A stretch of 64,000 bases of DNA from an uncultured Gammaproteobacteria bacterium (GTDB lineage: Bacteria; Patescibacteriota; Patescibacteriia; UBA9934; CAMTUG01): assembly GCA_964588955.1 (NCBI GenBank), contig CAZPQJ010000004.1, positions 5,677 to 69,676 on the forward strand, in the 5' to 3' direction. This document shows, piece after piece, positions 1 to 10,714 of the stretch. Within the stretch, counting starts at the first letter, position 1. Every line of letters starts with the position of its first letter. Both the position numbers and the translations under genes were made by a program. The notes under the pieces are model-generated. The model did no database searches, was not told the DNA's origin, and saw only the letters and a list, made by a program, of their open reading frames with translations.

Positions 1-492
1 TTCTAGCGTGACCACAACTTCGTCATAGTCGTTGTAATCTTTTCCAAACGGACCATCCCAAATCAACGCAAAGGTGCCGTCGGCATTTTTATCCATTGAA
101 CCGGTAGAGAAAAAATCAAAGGGTTCAGCACGTACGAGCCATCCTTGATAGTGCCAGCCTTCGGACGGATCCGAAAGATGAGCTACGAGCGTGTGGTGAA
201 AGGTATGATCTTGCACTTCACGGCTAGCAATGGCGAGTCCCACATGATCGACGTTGTACACCGTCGCTTCCTCGCGATCACGACGAATAGGCGCTTGACC
301 ATTAGCAACAATGGAAATGACTTGATTTTCGGTGACGGTAGATGTGTCGGCAACCGGGCCGTTGCTTTGTCGGCGAAACCAGCTAATGCCACCAAAAAAG
401 ACCGCCACACCAATCACCAGCAAGGCAAGGGATTTATAATGCGACGTGCCGCGAACGGGCGTGTGTGATGATCGATAGGAACGTTGGTGCAT
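1..492 (-). CDS. Membrane-anchored protein, possibly with an anti-sigma RskA-like C-terminal domain; runs off the window edge
   Basis: Hand translation from ATG 492: MHQRSY...LALLVIGVAVFFGGISWF (TM)...LSDPSEGWHYQGWLV...DYNDYDEVVVTLE, open to position 1. Confidence 0.6.
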   Translation of the reverse strand, partial: MHQRSYRSSHTPVRGTSHYKSLALLVIGVAVFFGGISWFRRQSNGPVADTSTVTENQVISIVANGQAPIRRDREEATVYNVDHVGLAIASREVQDHTFHHTLVAHLSDPSEGWHYQGWLVRAEPFDFFSTGSMDKNADGTFALIWDGPFGKDYNDYDEVVVTLE

Positions 493-501
493 AGATCGTT
501 A

Positions 502-2643
502 TTATAACTCGTCGACGCCGCTCAAAAAACCCGAGGCTTTGGATTTCTTTTTCGGCTCCCCAAGCGCATCGAGAACAATCATCGGTCCGTCGTCACAAAA
601 ATCATCATCCGCCCGATCCATAAACGACCAATCTTTTTTCCCAAGATTCTGCGTGCCAGACAAAAATCCCGGATTCACCGCGCGGCGCAGCTTCACTTCT
701 TCGACCAGTCCTTTGGGCAGTTCTGACAAAAACATCGACGGCTGACGCATCTCCATCGTTTCATAGCCGCTCATCATGGGGTAGGTCAAAAATAACTGTT
801 TACGGGCGCGGGTAGCGGCGACATAAAACAACCGCCGCTCTTCTTCGAGCCCGCCCTTTTCCCCCATCGCGCGAGGATGCGGAAAGGCACCGTCGGTTAA
901 GTTGATCACAAACACCGCATCCCATTCGAGTCCTTTGGCTTGATGGATCGTCGACAAAACCATCTTGTCTTGCTGTTCCAATGACTCCCCTTCCTCAATT
1001 GCGCCGTAATCGTCTTTCAATGTTACTTCCTCAAGAAAGGTCGTGAGATCCGTATACTGTTCAGAAAAGATGGCAAATTGCTCAACGTCTTCTAGCCGAT
1101 CAGCAAAGTTAACATACTCTGCTTCCAAGTAATCTTGATAGCTCGATCCCGCCACGGCACGAATCAGCGCCGCGGGTGTACGATCGGTTTTCAGCATCCG
1201 GGCGATGTTACTCGTGAGTGTTTGCCAACCGTTCATCGACCGGCCACTCGCAAAGTTCGCCGGATCAGCCGCAACAACCGCGTCAATCGTCTCGTACTGT
1301 TGCGCCGCTTCGGTGATTTTCGCCGCCGTCACTTCCCCAATCCCCACTTGATGAGACAGCACACGCACCCAAGCCGTGGTGTCTTTCGGATTAGCAATCA
1401 ACCGCACATACGCGACGACATCTTTCACATGGGCGCGTTCAAAAAACTTCATCCCTCCGCGATACTCGTAAGGTACATTACGCCGAGCAAGTTCCATTTC
1501 CAGTGCCTGACTGTGGTGTGCCGCGCGAAAGAGGACGCAGATTTCTTTGAACAATGACCCCTTGTCGCGCAACTGTAAAATCTGCTCAGCCACGTACTGT
1601 GCCTCTTGTCGAGAGTCTCCCGCCGGCACCACGCATGGCTTTTCAAAACCTGGTCGCACGGCTTTCAACTCTTTTTGAAACTGATCAACGTTTTGTTCAA
1701 TCACCGCGTTGGCCAACCCCAAAATCTCTGGCGTCGAACGATAGTTTGTTTGCAAACGAAACACCTTGGCATCGCCATAGCCATCGGGAAACTTCAAGAT
1801 ATTTTGAATCTGCGCCGCGCGGAATGAATAAATAGACTGCGCGTCATCACCGACAACAAGCACGTTGCGGTGATACGAGGTGAGATGCTTCACAATCCCC
1901 GCTTGAATCACGTTGGTGTCTTGGTACTCATCGACCAGGACATAACGAAAACGCTTACTCAACGCCTCGCGCACGGCTGGATTCGTGTTAAGTAACTCAG
2001 ATAGCAGTAACAACAAATCATCAAAGTCCATCGTTCCCGAAAACTTCTTGCGCTCGCCATACACTTCAGCAACACGCTCGATAGTTGGCAACAAATCGAA
2101 AAAGTGTGGATGTTTGTCTTCAATCACCTCGGCGATCGTTTGTGACGAATTGCGGGCGTAGGAAATAATGGAGTGAATCACCGACGGCGAAGGAAAACGC
2201 TTGGCTTTGGTGTCGATCTTCAAATCACGAATACAGAACTTCACCAAGTCGTGCGCATCGTCCGCATCCATAATGGTAAAGTTCGGCTGATAGCCAATGA
2301 GGTGGGCGTACTGGCGAAGAATCCGATTAGCAACGGAGTGGAACGTGCCGCCCCAAAGTCCGGTCGGGTACCCGTGCATCAACTCCTGCACCCGACTCAT
2401 CATCTCCTTGGCCGCTTTGTTGGTGAAGGTCAAAAGCAGAATCTCCTCGGCCGGCACCCCCGACTCCAGCAAATAGGCCACCCGATAAGTAATGGTCCGC
2501 GTCTTTCCCGATCCCGCTCCCGCCAATACCAAACACGGCCCGTCGCCGTGAATAACCACGTCCAGCTGCTCAGGATTTAACTCCTGTTGATAGTCAATCT
2601 TGTAGCTCGCAGGAGCGGTATTGGAGAGGATGAATTCTTTCAT
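502..2643 (-). CDS. UvrD/PcrA/Rep-family ATP-dependent DNA helicase
   Basis: AGAGSGKT Walker A, VDEYQDTN, VGDDAQSIYSFR, TIHQAKGLEW, EERRLFYVAATRA. Confidence 0.95.
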   Translation of the reverse strand: MKEFILSNTAPASYKIDYQQELNPEQLDVVIHGDGPCLVLAGAGSGKTRTITYRVAYLLESGVPAEEILLLTFTNKAAKEMMSRVQELMHGYPTGLWGGTFHSVANRILRQYAHLIGYQPNFTIMDADDAHDLVKFCIRDLKIDTKAKRFPSPSVIHSIISYARNSSQTIAEVIEDKHPHFFDLLPTIERVAEVYGERKKFSGTMDFDDLLLLLSELLNTNPAVREALSKRFRYVLVDEYQDTNVIQAGIVKHLTSYHRNVLVVGDDAQSIYSFRAAQIQNILKFPDGYGDAKVFRLQTNYRSTPEILGLANAVIEQNVDQFQKELKAVRPGFEKPCVVPAGDSRQEAQYVAEQILQLRDKGSLFKEICVLFRAAHHSQALEMELARRNVPYEYRGGMKFFERAHVKDVVAYVRLIANPKDTTAWVRVLSHQVGIGEVTAAKITEAAQQYETIDAVVAADPANFASGRSMNGWQTLTSNIARMLKTDRTPAALIRAVAGSSYQDYLEAEYVNFADRLEDVEQFAIFSEQYTDLTTFLEEVTLKDDYGAIEEGESLEQQDKMVLSTIHQAKGLEWDAVFVINLTDGAFPHPRAMGEKGGLEEERRLFYVAATRARKQLFLTYPMMSGYETMEMRQPSMFLSELPKGLVEEVKLRRAVNPGFLSGTQNLGKKDWSFMDRADDDFCDDGPMIVLDALGEPKKKSKASGFLSGVDEL

Positions 2644-2672
2644 AGCCCACAGAGTTTATCACGTCTCAACCC

Positions 2673-2701
2673 TGGACAAAAGGCATCAACTTTGCCACAA
2701 T
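2673..2701 (+). promoter_or_regulatory. Sigma70-like promoter of orphan cassette
   Basis: TGGACA-N17-CACAAT with extended TG; GAGGA SD before ATG 2730. Confidence 0.6.
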
Positions 2702-2729
2702 CCGCTCGCCCCACAACCCCGAGGATCCC

Positions 2730-3734
2730 ATGACTGATTTCACCCGCATCGACCCACGCAACATCACGAACGACCTCTACGAGCAACTCCACGCCGGCAC
2801 ACTGAGCCTCGACTACCTGCGTTGGTCAATCGAAGATGATCAACCCCAGGAGGTGCGCGGGCGAGAGTACGATTCACACGCCACCCTCACCTGGATCATC
2901 ATCAACACCAAGACCTTGCAGGAGTCCCTCATTGCAGATGTTCCCGCCTTCCTTCGTGAGCTCTTCGTCACCGGACCGTACGGTCCGGTGTGGATGGACG
3001 CACTCATGCGAGGCAAGACCCCCGGTATCACCGTGATGCCAGAAGATGACATCGTGCGATTGGTCATCGCTCATGCCGACAGCAAGACGACCCGACTCAA
3101 GCTCGACTGGGTGCGTCACCTGTTGGAAAGTCATGTCGACTCCGAAGTGGTCGAATTCCTGCTCACTACCGTGTTCACCCAGTCCATCAACCACTTGTTC
3201 ATGCTCTACGACGTCGAGGCTTCGCGCTACTGGAAAGAGCCACAGGTGGAGTGGTTCGACCGTATCTGCAAGCGACTGCTGTCAAAAGCTGTCCGCGCCT
3301 GCAAAATGGACAAAAAGTACAAACGCACGAGCCTCTTGCTCGGCGCGCGGCTTCGGCAGCGCTACCCCGAGGCAAAGGAAACCCGCGCTCTGGAGTTCTG
3401 GATCGCCGCCGGCTTCACCCCGAAGAACGCCGCCCGCGCCTACGCCGAAATCGTCCAAAAGGTCGGGGTGATCCCCAATGGCGACGAGGTGTTGCGGTCC
3501 AAGGTGCGCAACTGCGGCTGGACCTTCGCCCATGTGCGACGCAAGACCGTGCTCAGCTTCCCGTGTATCTCCGGGCGCGAGGAGGCTCTCTTCGACACCC
3601 CTCGTAGCCACTGGCAAACGGATCCGGCCGGAGAGGAAACCTGGGAGGTGCTCGTACCGACCCGACTTCTCGACGCGGCAGGAAGCGTCAGCGAATCCTC
3701 CGTCGTCACTGTCACCCGCCCCCGCTATTCCTGA
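2730..3734 (+). CDS. Orphan hypothetical protein (cassette class)
   Basis: 334-aa ORF with its own promoter, SD and terminator; C-ending codon bias; no recognised motif. Confidence 0.75.
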   Translation: MTDFTRIDPRNITNDLYEQLHAGTLSLDYLRWSIEDDQPQEVRGREYDSHATLTWIIINTKTLQESLIADVPAFLRELFVTGPYGPVWMDALMRGKTPGITVMPEDDIVRLVIAHADSKTTRLKLDWVRHLLESHVDSEVVEFLLTTVFTQSINHLFMLYDVEASRYWKEPQVEWFDRICKRLLSKAVRACKMDKKYKRTSLLLGARLRQRYPEAKETRALEFWIAAGFTPKNAARAYAEIVQKVGVIPNGDEVLRSKVRNCGWTFAHVRRKTVLSFPCISGREEALFDTPRSHWQTDPAGEETWEVLVPTRLLDAAGSVSESSVVTVTRPRYS

Positions 3735-3746
3735 TCTCTCATCAAC

Positions 3747-3780
3747 GCGCCCTCGAAGCCAAGCTGGTCTTCGAGGGCGC
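3747..3780 (+). terminator. Intrinsic terminator hairpin between convergent genes
   Basis: GCGCCCTCGAAG...CTTCGAGGGCGC 12-bp stem followed by a T-rich tract. Confidence 0.8.
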
Positions 3781-3788
3781 CGTTCTTT

Positions 3789-4061
3789 TTATTCCTCCCA
3801 ACTAATAATCTGAAATCCGTATTTTTCAATGTCTTCTTTGCTCCACCACTGCTCGATGATGAGATCTTTCGTCCGCGCCACACGGCTGACGGTTTTAGTC
3901 ATCTCACGTCCAGTATATTCCTGCTTCTCTTGATCCCATTCCTTCAACACCAACTCGTCGCCAGGCGCGCAGTCCCAATCCGCCAGACGCATTTCGTAGT
4001 GCTTCTTGCCATCAAGGATCCATTGAAACCACGGCGTCCAAACTTTCTTTTCGTGGCGCAT
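3789..4061 (-). CDS. DUF3850/ASCH-PUA domain protein
   Basis: HEKKVWTPWFQWILDGKKHYEMRLAD...GDELVLKEWD...YTGR pattern. Confidence 0.8.
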   Translation of the reverse strand: MRHEKKVWTPWFQWILDGKKHYEMRLADWDCAPGDELVLKEWDQEKQEYTGREMTKTVSRVARTKDLIIEQWWSKEDIEKYGFQIISWEE

Positions 4062-4070
4062 ACGTATAAC

Positions 4071-4098
4071 ACAGGCAGGCACATGGGCCTGCCCCTAC
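4071..4098 (-). repeat. GTAG-type REP-like palindrome
   Basis: Minus strand reads GTAGGGGCAGGCCCATGTGCCTGCC. Confidence 0.7.
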
Positions 4099-4100
4099 CA

Positions 4101-4751
4101 TTATCGAAATAATTTTGAACTCCAAGTCAACACCTGCCCGTCGCCGACGAGACGGAAACGATCCCCTTCGCAAATGATAGCCAAACCGTCGGGCAAACCA
4201 ATGATCGGATGCAGGGGTTTCTGTCGAGCGAACTTGTCGAAATAAATCTTGTCGCCTGGTTTCATGTGCACCGCCACCATAAATGGCACCTGACGCAGCC
4301 CACGCGTGTCCTCGAGCATCACATCATTCTTATCCGCCGACGGACCGACCCCGGCCGTTTCGATACTGGTGCCAACAACAATACTTCCCGCACTGACACC
4401 CACATACACTTTATCTCCCGCAAGCAATTCTTTCAGCTTGGCATCAAACTTACTTTCACGAACCCACTTCAGCAAGTAGTACGTGTTTCCCCCTTCAACA
4501 AAAATCAATCCGCAATCATCAAGCTTGGCCAAATCCTCCGGCACTTTCAGATCGATGTCGATCACATCGGAAAATCCCAATGATTCAAGAGCCGCGCGAT
4601 CTTTCAACAAGTACGTCTTATCTTGTGTCTCTGGCTCCGACGCAGTAGCAATAAAACCCACTTTTGTCTCGCCCGGCGGAGTGGGAAGCATTTTCACCAT
4701 CTCTTTGGCGAGCTCCGGAGTAAACTCAGACGTTAACAGCAATTTACGCAT
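4101..4751 (-). CDS. Peptidase S51 (dipeptidase E-like)
   Basis: FIATAS, FVEGGNTYYLL, GVSAGS nucleophile motif, downstream His. Confidence 0.85.
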   Translation of the reverse strand: MRKLLLTSEFTPELAKEMVKMLPTPPGETKVGFIATASEPETQDKTYLLKDRAALESLGFSDVIDIDLKVPEDLAKLDDCGLIFVEGGNTYYLLKWVRESKFDAKLKELLAGDKVYVGVSAGSIVVGTSIETAGVGPSADKNDVMLEDTRGLRQVPFMVAVHMKPGDKIYFDKFARQKPLHPIIGLPDGLAIICEGDRFRLVGDGQVLTWSSKLFR

Positions 4752-4796
4752 AATTTCCTTTTTATCTTTTCTCCTATTTTCTCTTTTTCTCCGCCT

Positions 4797-6479
4797 TTAC
4801 CACGACCCTCCCCCACCTCCACCAAATCCCCCACCAGAGAATCCTCCCCCGTGCGAGGCACCGCTCTTGGGTGCCGCAACGGTGGCCAGATGACTGGTGA
4901 GATCATTCATGCGAGAAGAAAAGTCGGCAGCGTTGAAGTTCATGAGCGATGGACCAATGTACCAGGCCGGGTGAATCGCTTCGGCGTGCACGGTCGCAAA
5001 CGCTTTGGCCCACTTGTCGGCGATGCCAAAAATCATGGCGTACGGCAAGTACTTCTCAAAGATTCCCTCTTTCTCTTGCCACTCCAAACGATATTTCTCT
5101 GCGGTGGTCAAGAACACCTTAAATCCTTTAGCCACATCGAACGCCTCTGCTCCCTTTTTTGTACGTTTGGCCATGAGCCAACCAAACAGCAAAATAATAC
5201 CACCTGTCAGCATCACCGCGAGACTGAAGGACGGAAATCCCAAAAAGGCCACGACTATGCCCAAGCCCATCCACGCCGCGCGCGCACGGGAGGGGTTGGC
5301 GGCAAAATAGCCTTCGCTCACCAGTCGCTCCTCCAAGGCTTTTTCAGCCGGGCGCTTATCTTTGGCAAATTGATTTTTCAAATCATCTTCTGTGGTCGAT
5401 GTGCGTCCATTTTTGAACAAGGCGTTCAGTAGAAGGGTCTCCCACTCGCGCAACTCTCCCCCACCAGAAACTTTTTCCAAAGTAAACGTTTTGCGATCTG
5501 GCCCAAAGCGATCTTCCGTACGCTCGATAATTTTTAGGTGTCCGCGCACAGCCAATTCAACAATGGCTGCCGAGAAAAATTCTTTCCGTACCCCCATGCC
5601 AAACAATATCCCCATTTCCGCCGCCAACAATCCCTTCGGCGGCTCATACTCCGGCACGATCGTCCCGCGACCCTTGGGATCACGCCCGTAACGATGCCAG
5701 CGCCAAAACATAAAGAGAAGGGTGAGGAGCGGCAGCACCCAAATGACGTATTTTCCGATCGCTTGTAACGCTTGAAACTCCGCACTCTGATACGTCGGTG
5801 GCGGCACCGTCACCAATCCCTTTGGCCAGGCAAAGGCGATAGTCAAAAAGTCATTCGAGGTGCCCGCCAGCATGGTTCGGCCAGAAAAAGCCGTGGTGCA
5901 ATCTGATGCGGTGGAGCCAGCGGCACCGGTGTAGCACGCGAGCGAAACATCCTCTTGCGCAAACGTCGCCTCGGCGGGAAGCTGCACGTGCACGGACGCT
6001 TCGCTCGGCGGCGTATCCCAATCCGTCCCGGTCACGTTCCAATACAACTCCGTTTGATCCGCCAAATCCACTAAGGCTCCGTGCACCCGATAATGCAACA
6101 CATAATACTGCGGACCATTTACGGTGGCCTCCGCGCTGCCAATCCGCAATGAAAGCGCGTCACCATTGCTCGCGTTGGTCTCAATCGGTTTCCCGCCAAG
6201 ATCAGTAACACTGACGTTATCGATCGTCGTGACCAACGTGGCTCCGCTATCGGTGCGGTAGTGTGTCGGGATAACACGATAAATCCCATGCTTGGGAACG
6301 GCAAAGTCGGCAAGAATTGTTTCAGTGACGTCAAAACTCCCATCCGCATTGACCTGAATCACGTCATCAAAACGGTTCAAATACAAATCGGCTGCTTGGA
6401 CGGAAGCAGGAGAAAGCAGGAGAAAAAGAGAAAAACAAAGACTAGCGGTAGAGAGCCTTGTTGGCCAGGTGTTGATCAT
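4797..6479 (-). CDS. DUF2207 membrane protein
   Basis: Signal peptide, HGIYRVIP, ELYWNVTGTDW, FEKYLPYAMIFG, Gly-rich GGGGGSW terminus; start uncertain (6479 or 6491). Confidence 0.9.
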   Translation of the reverse strand: MINTWPTRLSTASLCFSLFLLLSPASVQAADLYLNRFDDVIQVNADGSFDVTETILADFAVPKHGIYRVIPTHYRTDSGATLVTTIDNVSVTDLGGKPIETNASNGDALSLRIGSAEATVNGPQYYVLHYRVHGALVDLADQTELYWNVTGTDWDTPPSEASVHVQLPAEATFAQEDVSLACYTGAAGSTASDCTTAFSGRTMLAGTSNDFLTIAFAWPKGLVTVPPPTYQSAEFQALQAIGKYVIWVLPLLTLLFMFWRWHRYGRDPKGRGTIVPEYEPPKGLLAAEMGILFGMGVRKEFFSAAIVELAVRGHLKIIERTEDRFGPDRKTFTLEKVSGGGELREWETLLLNALFKNGRTSTTEDDLKNQFAKDKRPAEKALEERLVSEGYFAANPSRARAAWMGLGIVVAFLGFPSFSLAVMLTGGIILLFGWLMAKRTKKGAEAFDVAKGFKVFLTTAEKYRLEWQEKEGIFEKYLPYAMIFGIADKWAKAFATVHAEAIHPAWYIGPSLMNFNAADFSSRMNDLTSHLATVAAPKSGASHGGGFSGGGFGGGGGGSW

Positions 6480-7458
6480 ACGTTTCCGCATACATGACTT
6501 TACCCTCCTCGGTTGTCAAAAAGTAATAGTAGGGGTTGGGTGTTGGATGGGCGGCGGCGATGATCGAGGCAATCCCTGGGTTGGAGATGGGTCCTGGAGG
6601 GAGTCCAGGATATTTATACGTATTGTACGGCGAATCGGTTTCCTTGTCGTCAAGGGAAATTCCTGGAGACTTTTTGCCGGTAATGTAGTTGACGGTGGAA
6701 TCTGCTTGCAAGGCCATGCCAATGTCTAGTCGTTTCTGAAAAATATCGGCAACGTTGCCGCGATCCGCATCTGTCATGACTTCGCGCTCGACAATGGAAG
6801 CAAGGGTCAACACTTCGTGGAGATTGCCCGTCTTGATAATGTCTCCAAGATCGTCGGCGTGTTCGACTAACCGTTGATCCATGGTCTCAAGCATGATGCG
6901 AGCAACGTCCTCGGCTGTCGCATCTTGCGCAAATCGATAGGTATCGGGGAAAAGATACCCTTCCAAGTCGACGTCATCAGGTTTGTCACTCAACAACGCT
7001 AACGTATCTTCAAATGGAGAATCAACCCCCGTAGCTGCCTGCCAGTCGACATCGGAAAAACCCAATTTACTTTCCACAAGCGTGCCGATTTGTGTGAGGG
7101 TGTAGCCTTCCGGAATCGTTACTTCCGCATCGGTTTGTTTATGGCCGTAACGTAAGGTGATAAATAATCCGGCAATTCCCGTTCCGCGAGAAATTTCATA
7201 CGTACCGGCTTGCAAGCGATTATCCCGTTTGACGTATCGCACAAATACTTCAAACAACCAGGCGCTGTCAATCAAGCCCTTTTCCTTCAACGAGGCGGCG
7301 ATCTCGCGAGCGCTTTCTCCCGGCGTAATCGTAAAGGAAACGGCATCGGACGCATCCGTTGGCTGTTTCCAAATTTGACCGCCAACCCAAATCATCCCGC
7401 CAAGCATCGTAAAGACCAGCACCACAAGAACCATTAGCACCCAAAACATCTTTCTCAT
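6442..7458 (-). CDS. mltG: Endolytic transglycosylase MltG
   Basis: TIPEG, LEGYLFPDTY, LASIVERE, SPYNTYKYPGLPPGPISNPG. Confidence 0.95.
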   Translation of the reverse strand: MRKMFWVLMVLVVLVFTMLGGMIWVGGQIWKQPTDASDAVSFTITPGESAREIAASLKEKGLIDSAWLFEVFVRYVKRDNRLQAGTYEISRGTGIAGLFITLRYGHKQTDAEVTIPEGYTLTQIGTLVESKLGFSDVDWQAATGVDSPFEDTLALLSDKPDDVDLEGYLFPDTYRFAQDATAEDVARIMLETMDQRLVEHADDLGDIIKTGNLHEVLTLASIVEREVMTDADRGNVADIFQKRLDIGMALQADSTVNYITGKKSPGISLDDKETDSPYNTYKYPGLPPGPISNPGIASIIAAAHPTPNPYYYFLTTEEGKVMYAETYDQHLANKALYR

Positions 7459-8552
7459 AAAAATTTACTCATTCCCCGCTTTTTGAGTTCAGCCACGATC
7501 TGCTTCACTTGCTGCGCGCGATCACGCGGAGCGATCAAAAGAGCATCCTCGGTGTCGATGACAATCAAATCGTCTAGCCCCACAAGTGCCAGAACTTTCT
7601 TTTCCGAGGTGCACAACAAATTTCCTTTAGCTTCCACGCAAACCACCTGCCCGCGAGTAACATTTTTATGTTCGTCGGCTTCATCGTGGATGCGTACATC
7701 ATAAATCGCTCTCCAGTCGCCTATATCGCGCCAGCCAAAATTTCCTGGCACCACGGCCATCTTGCCGCCCTTCTCTAGAACAGCCACGTCGATAGAAACG
7801 TTAGGAAGCTTGGTAAAAGCATCTGTGATGATCTCTTTGCTATTGGCTTTTCCAACCGCCGCTTGGATGCGGAGCAATTCGCGGTAAATGTCTGGTGCGT
7901 GTTCACGATAGCGTTCCAAAAACGGACCCGCTTCTGAAACAATCAAGGTTGGATTCCATAAATAATCACCAGAGAGCACGTATTCCGCCGCCCGCTCCGC
8001 GTCTGGTTTCTCCACAAATTTGTCGACCGTGTGCGCTAAACGCTGACGACCTTCCGCTCCAACCCAGGCGGCGGCAGGACCCAAATGAATGTAGCCGTAG
8101 CCTGTCTCCGGATAATGCGGTTTTACCCCGATCAACACCACATGTCCCGGTTTCTTGCGCGCCAATTCATCGGCCATGGTGATCGCCTCCACGTACTCTT
8201 CGGCATCAGTCACGTGCGCGTCGGAGTTGATCACCACAAATGTCTCTTCAGGGTCTTGTTTGGCAATCATTGCCACCACCGCTCCAATCGCCGCGGCAGT
8301 GCCTTTACGTTCCGGCTCGACAAACACATTCTTTGGAGGGATTTTTGGTAACTGTGCTTTGACCGTAGCCGCATCAGACACGCCTGTCGCCACATACATC
8401 TCTTCCGGCTTCAAAAACGTTGCCAAACGACTATAGGTCATTTGCAAAAGTGTTTTTCCACCCAAAATGCTCTGCAGCTGCTTAGGTTGTTTTTCTCGAG
8501 ACAATGGCCACAACCGCGTCCCAGATCCACCGGCTAAAATAATCGCTTTCAT
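7455..8552 (-). CDS. manC: Mannose-1-phosphate guanylyltransferase
   Basis: IILAGGSGTRLWPLSR, PETGYGYI, FVEKPD; start at MKAII. Confidence 0.9.
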   Translation of the reverse strand: MKAIILAGGSGTRLWPLSREKQPKQLQSILGGKTLLQMTYSRLATFLKPEEMYVATGVSDAATVKAQLPKIPPKNVFVEPERKGTAAAIGAVVAMIAKQDPEETFVVINSDAHVTDAEEYVEAITMADELARKKPGHVVLIGVKPHYPETGYGYIHLGPAAAWVGAEGRQRLAHTVDKFVEKPDAERAAEYVLSGDYLWNPTLIVSEAGPFLERYREHAPDIYRELLRIQAAVGKANSKEIITDAFTKLPNVSIDVAVLEKGGKMAVVPGNFGWRDIGDWRAIYDVRIHDEADEHKNVTRGQVVCVEAKGNLLCTSEKKVLALVGLDDLIVIDTEDALLIAPRDRAQQVKQIVAELKKRGMSKFL

Positions 8553-8562
8553 AGGTAGTTGT

Positions 8563-9114
8563 TTACCACTTCGTAAACAGGAAGTCCACCAAAGCAAACA
8601 CAACAGATACAAACCACGCTCCACATGTTCCGATCAAGGCTCCCGCAAGGATATCGGTTACATAATGCACACCGACCAGCACCCTGGCAAGAGCAATGGA
8701 ACTTGCCAGCACTGCCAAAAGGATGGCGATCCACACGACCGGATGCCAAAAAATGATGAAAAATGCCACCGTCGCGAAGGCAATCGTCGAGTGTCCAGAA
8801 GGAAACGATGGCGTATAAACACGAATGGGTAAGTGCCAAGCGTCTGGCATGCGTTCGTAGGGACGCTTGCGGCGAATGAGAAAACTTAACACAATAGAAA
8901 AAACGTGCGGCGCGCCAACGGCAACAAACAGCATCAATAAATACAGCGCGTAACCTTCTTGCGTGCGTATGAATGCTGGATAGCACACAATCGTCGCGCC
9001 GAAAAAGGCCCACACCATGTACTTGGCAAACAACGTCGCCAAAAACTCGCGGGCGGGATACCCGTCGGCCCAACCATCAAGTTTCGTGGAGATGTATTCG
9101 TCAAAACGCAACAT
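8563..9114 (-). CDS. PAP2-family phosphatase (undecaprenyl-PP phosphatase-like)
   Basis: RKRP, SFPSGHS, ARVLVGVHYVTD. Confidence 0.9.
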   Translation of the reverse strand: MLRFDEYISTKLDGWADGYPAREFLATLFAKYMVWAFFGATIVCYPAFIRTQEGYALYLLMLFVAVGAPHVFSIVLSFLIRRKRPYERMPDAWHLPIRVYTPSFPSGHSTIAFATVAFFIIFWHPVVWIAILLAVLASSIALARVLVGVHYVTDILAGALIGTCGAWFVSVVFALVDFLFTKW

Positions 9115-9118
9115 ACGT

Positions 9119-10711
9119 TTACATTAACGCGGATCCAGTCATTTCCGGTGGCTGGGGCAAATCCATCAGCTTCAAGATTGTTGGGGCAACATCGGGCAAC
9201 ATCCCTACCGGTAATGAAAGCGACAAATCCCCTCCCGGCACTTCGCCAGCAGGCGAGGCTTGCCCTTCCAAAGCGGCGCTGACAATCAAAAACGGCACCG
9301 GATTGGTGGAATGCTCTTTGTCGATGTCCCCGGTTTGCAAATTGCGAACCTCTTCCGCGTTACCGTGATCAGCCGTAATAAACACAGCCCCACCAGCGGA
9401 GACCGCCGCGGAAACAATCTTACCAACACACCCATCCACGGCTTCTACTGCCTCTTTGGTGGCCTCCAGGTTTCCGGTATGCGCCACCATGTCGGCATTG
9501 GCGAAGTTTGCCACAATCACATCGTACGCCCCGCCGCGAATCTCTTTGACGACGCGATCGGTGATGGCATCAGCAGACATTCTTGGTTCCTGATCGTAAC
9601 TGGCCACCTGCGGAGAAGGAATAATCACGCGTTCCTCACCAGAAAAAGGCTCTTCGCGTGTCCCGTTCAAAAAGAAGGTCACGTGAGCGTACTTTTCTGT
9701 TTCGGCAATGTGCAGTTGTTTTAGCCCGTGCTCGGCAAACACTTCCGCCAGGGTTTGACGAACCACCAGAGGCGGATAGGCCACGTCTACCGGCAAACGT
9801 GTTTCGTATTCTGCCATGGTAACAAATTCTAAATTCGGAATTTGCTGGCGAGGGAATGCGTCGAACTCAGGCAAGACAAAAGCTTTGGTCAATTCGCGGG
9901 CTCGGTCGGGACGAAAGTTGAAAAAAATCACCGCGTCATTCTCTCCGATCGTTGCCACGGGATGACCGTTCTCAAGCAAGACCGTCGGCGGAAGCTGTTC
10001 GTCATACACTTCCTTGGCATACGATGCCTTCATCGCCACAAGCGCGTCTTCCGCTGTTACCTCTGCCATGCCTCGTGCCATGGCATTGTACGCTTTTTCC
10101 ACCCGATCCCAACGGTTGTCGCGATCCATAGCATAAAAACGTCCACACAGTGTAGCTAGCTTACCTGTTTTTAACTGACGCATCTTTTCCTGCAACGTAG
10201 AAATAAAATCAAATCCGGCGTTATACAGCGTATCGCGCCCATCTAAAATCGCGTGAACAAATACTTGAGAAAGTCCTTGATTCGCGGCTAACTGCAACAA
10301 GGCATGCGCGTGGGTATCCATGGCGTGCACCCTCCCCCCAGACACCAGGCCCACAAGATGCAATTTACTGTTGTGTGTTTTCACCTGCTCAATCGCTTTT
10401 AAAAAAGCCGCGTTGCGAAAAAAATCTCCGAGAGCAATGTCGCGATCGATGCGCGGCAGCATTTGGTAATAAACGCGTCCAGCGCCAATCGCCAAATGTC
10501 CCACCTCAGAATTTCCCATCTCTCCCCAGCTCAACCCCACGTCTTCACCGGAAGCGCGCAACGTCATAGCCGGATAGCGACGTATAATATCGTTCATCAC
10601 CGGCGTTTTCGCCTGCGTGATCGCGTTCCCTTCGGCGGCAGGTGCCACCCCCCAACCATCAAGGATGAGGAGCACGGCCGGTTTGGGACGTTTCACCTGT
10701 TGATCGTCCAT
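9119..10711 (-). CDS. gpmI: 2,3-BPG-independent phosphoglycerate mutase
   Basis: ILDGWG, MGNSEVGH, NFRPDRARE, AETEKYAHVTFF, TADHGNAE. Confidence 0.97.
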   Translation of the reverse strand: MDDQQVKRPKPAVLLILDGWGVAPAAEGNAITQAKTPVMNDIIRRYPAMTLRASGEDVGLSWGEMGNSEVGHLAIGAGRVYYQMLPRIDRDIALGDFFRNAAFLKAIEQVKTHNSKLHLVGLVSGGRVHAMDTHAHALLQLAANQGLSQVFVHAILDGRDTLYNAGFDFISTLQEKMRQLKTGKLATLCGRFYAMDRDNRWDRVEKAYNAMARGMAEVTAEDALVAMKASYAKEVYDEQLPPTVLLENGHPVATIGENDAVIFFNFRPDRARELTKAFVLPEFDAFPRQQIPNLEFVTMAEYETRLPVDVAYPPLVVRQTLAEVFAEHGLKQLHIAETEKYAHVTFFLNGTREEPFSGEERVIIPSPQVASYDQEPRMSADAITDRVVKEIRGGAYDVIVANFANADMVAHTGNLEATKEAVEAVDGCVGKIVSAAVSAGGAVFITADHGNAEEVRNLQTGDIDKEHSTNPVPFLIVSAALEGQASPAGEVPGGDLSLSLPVGMLPDVAPTILKLMDLPQPPEMTGSALM

Positions 10712-10714
10712 AGA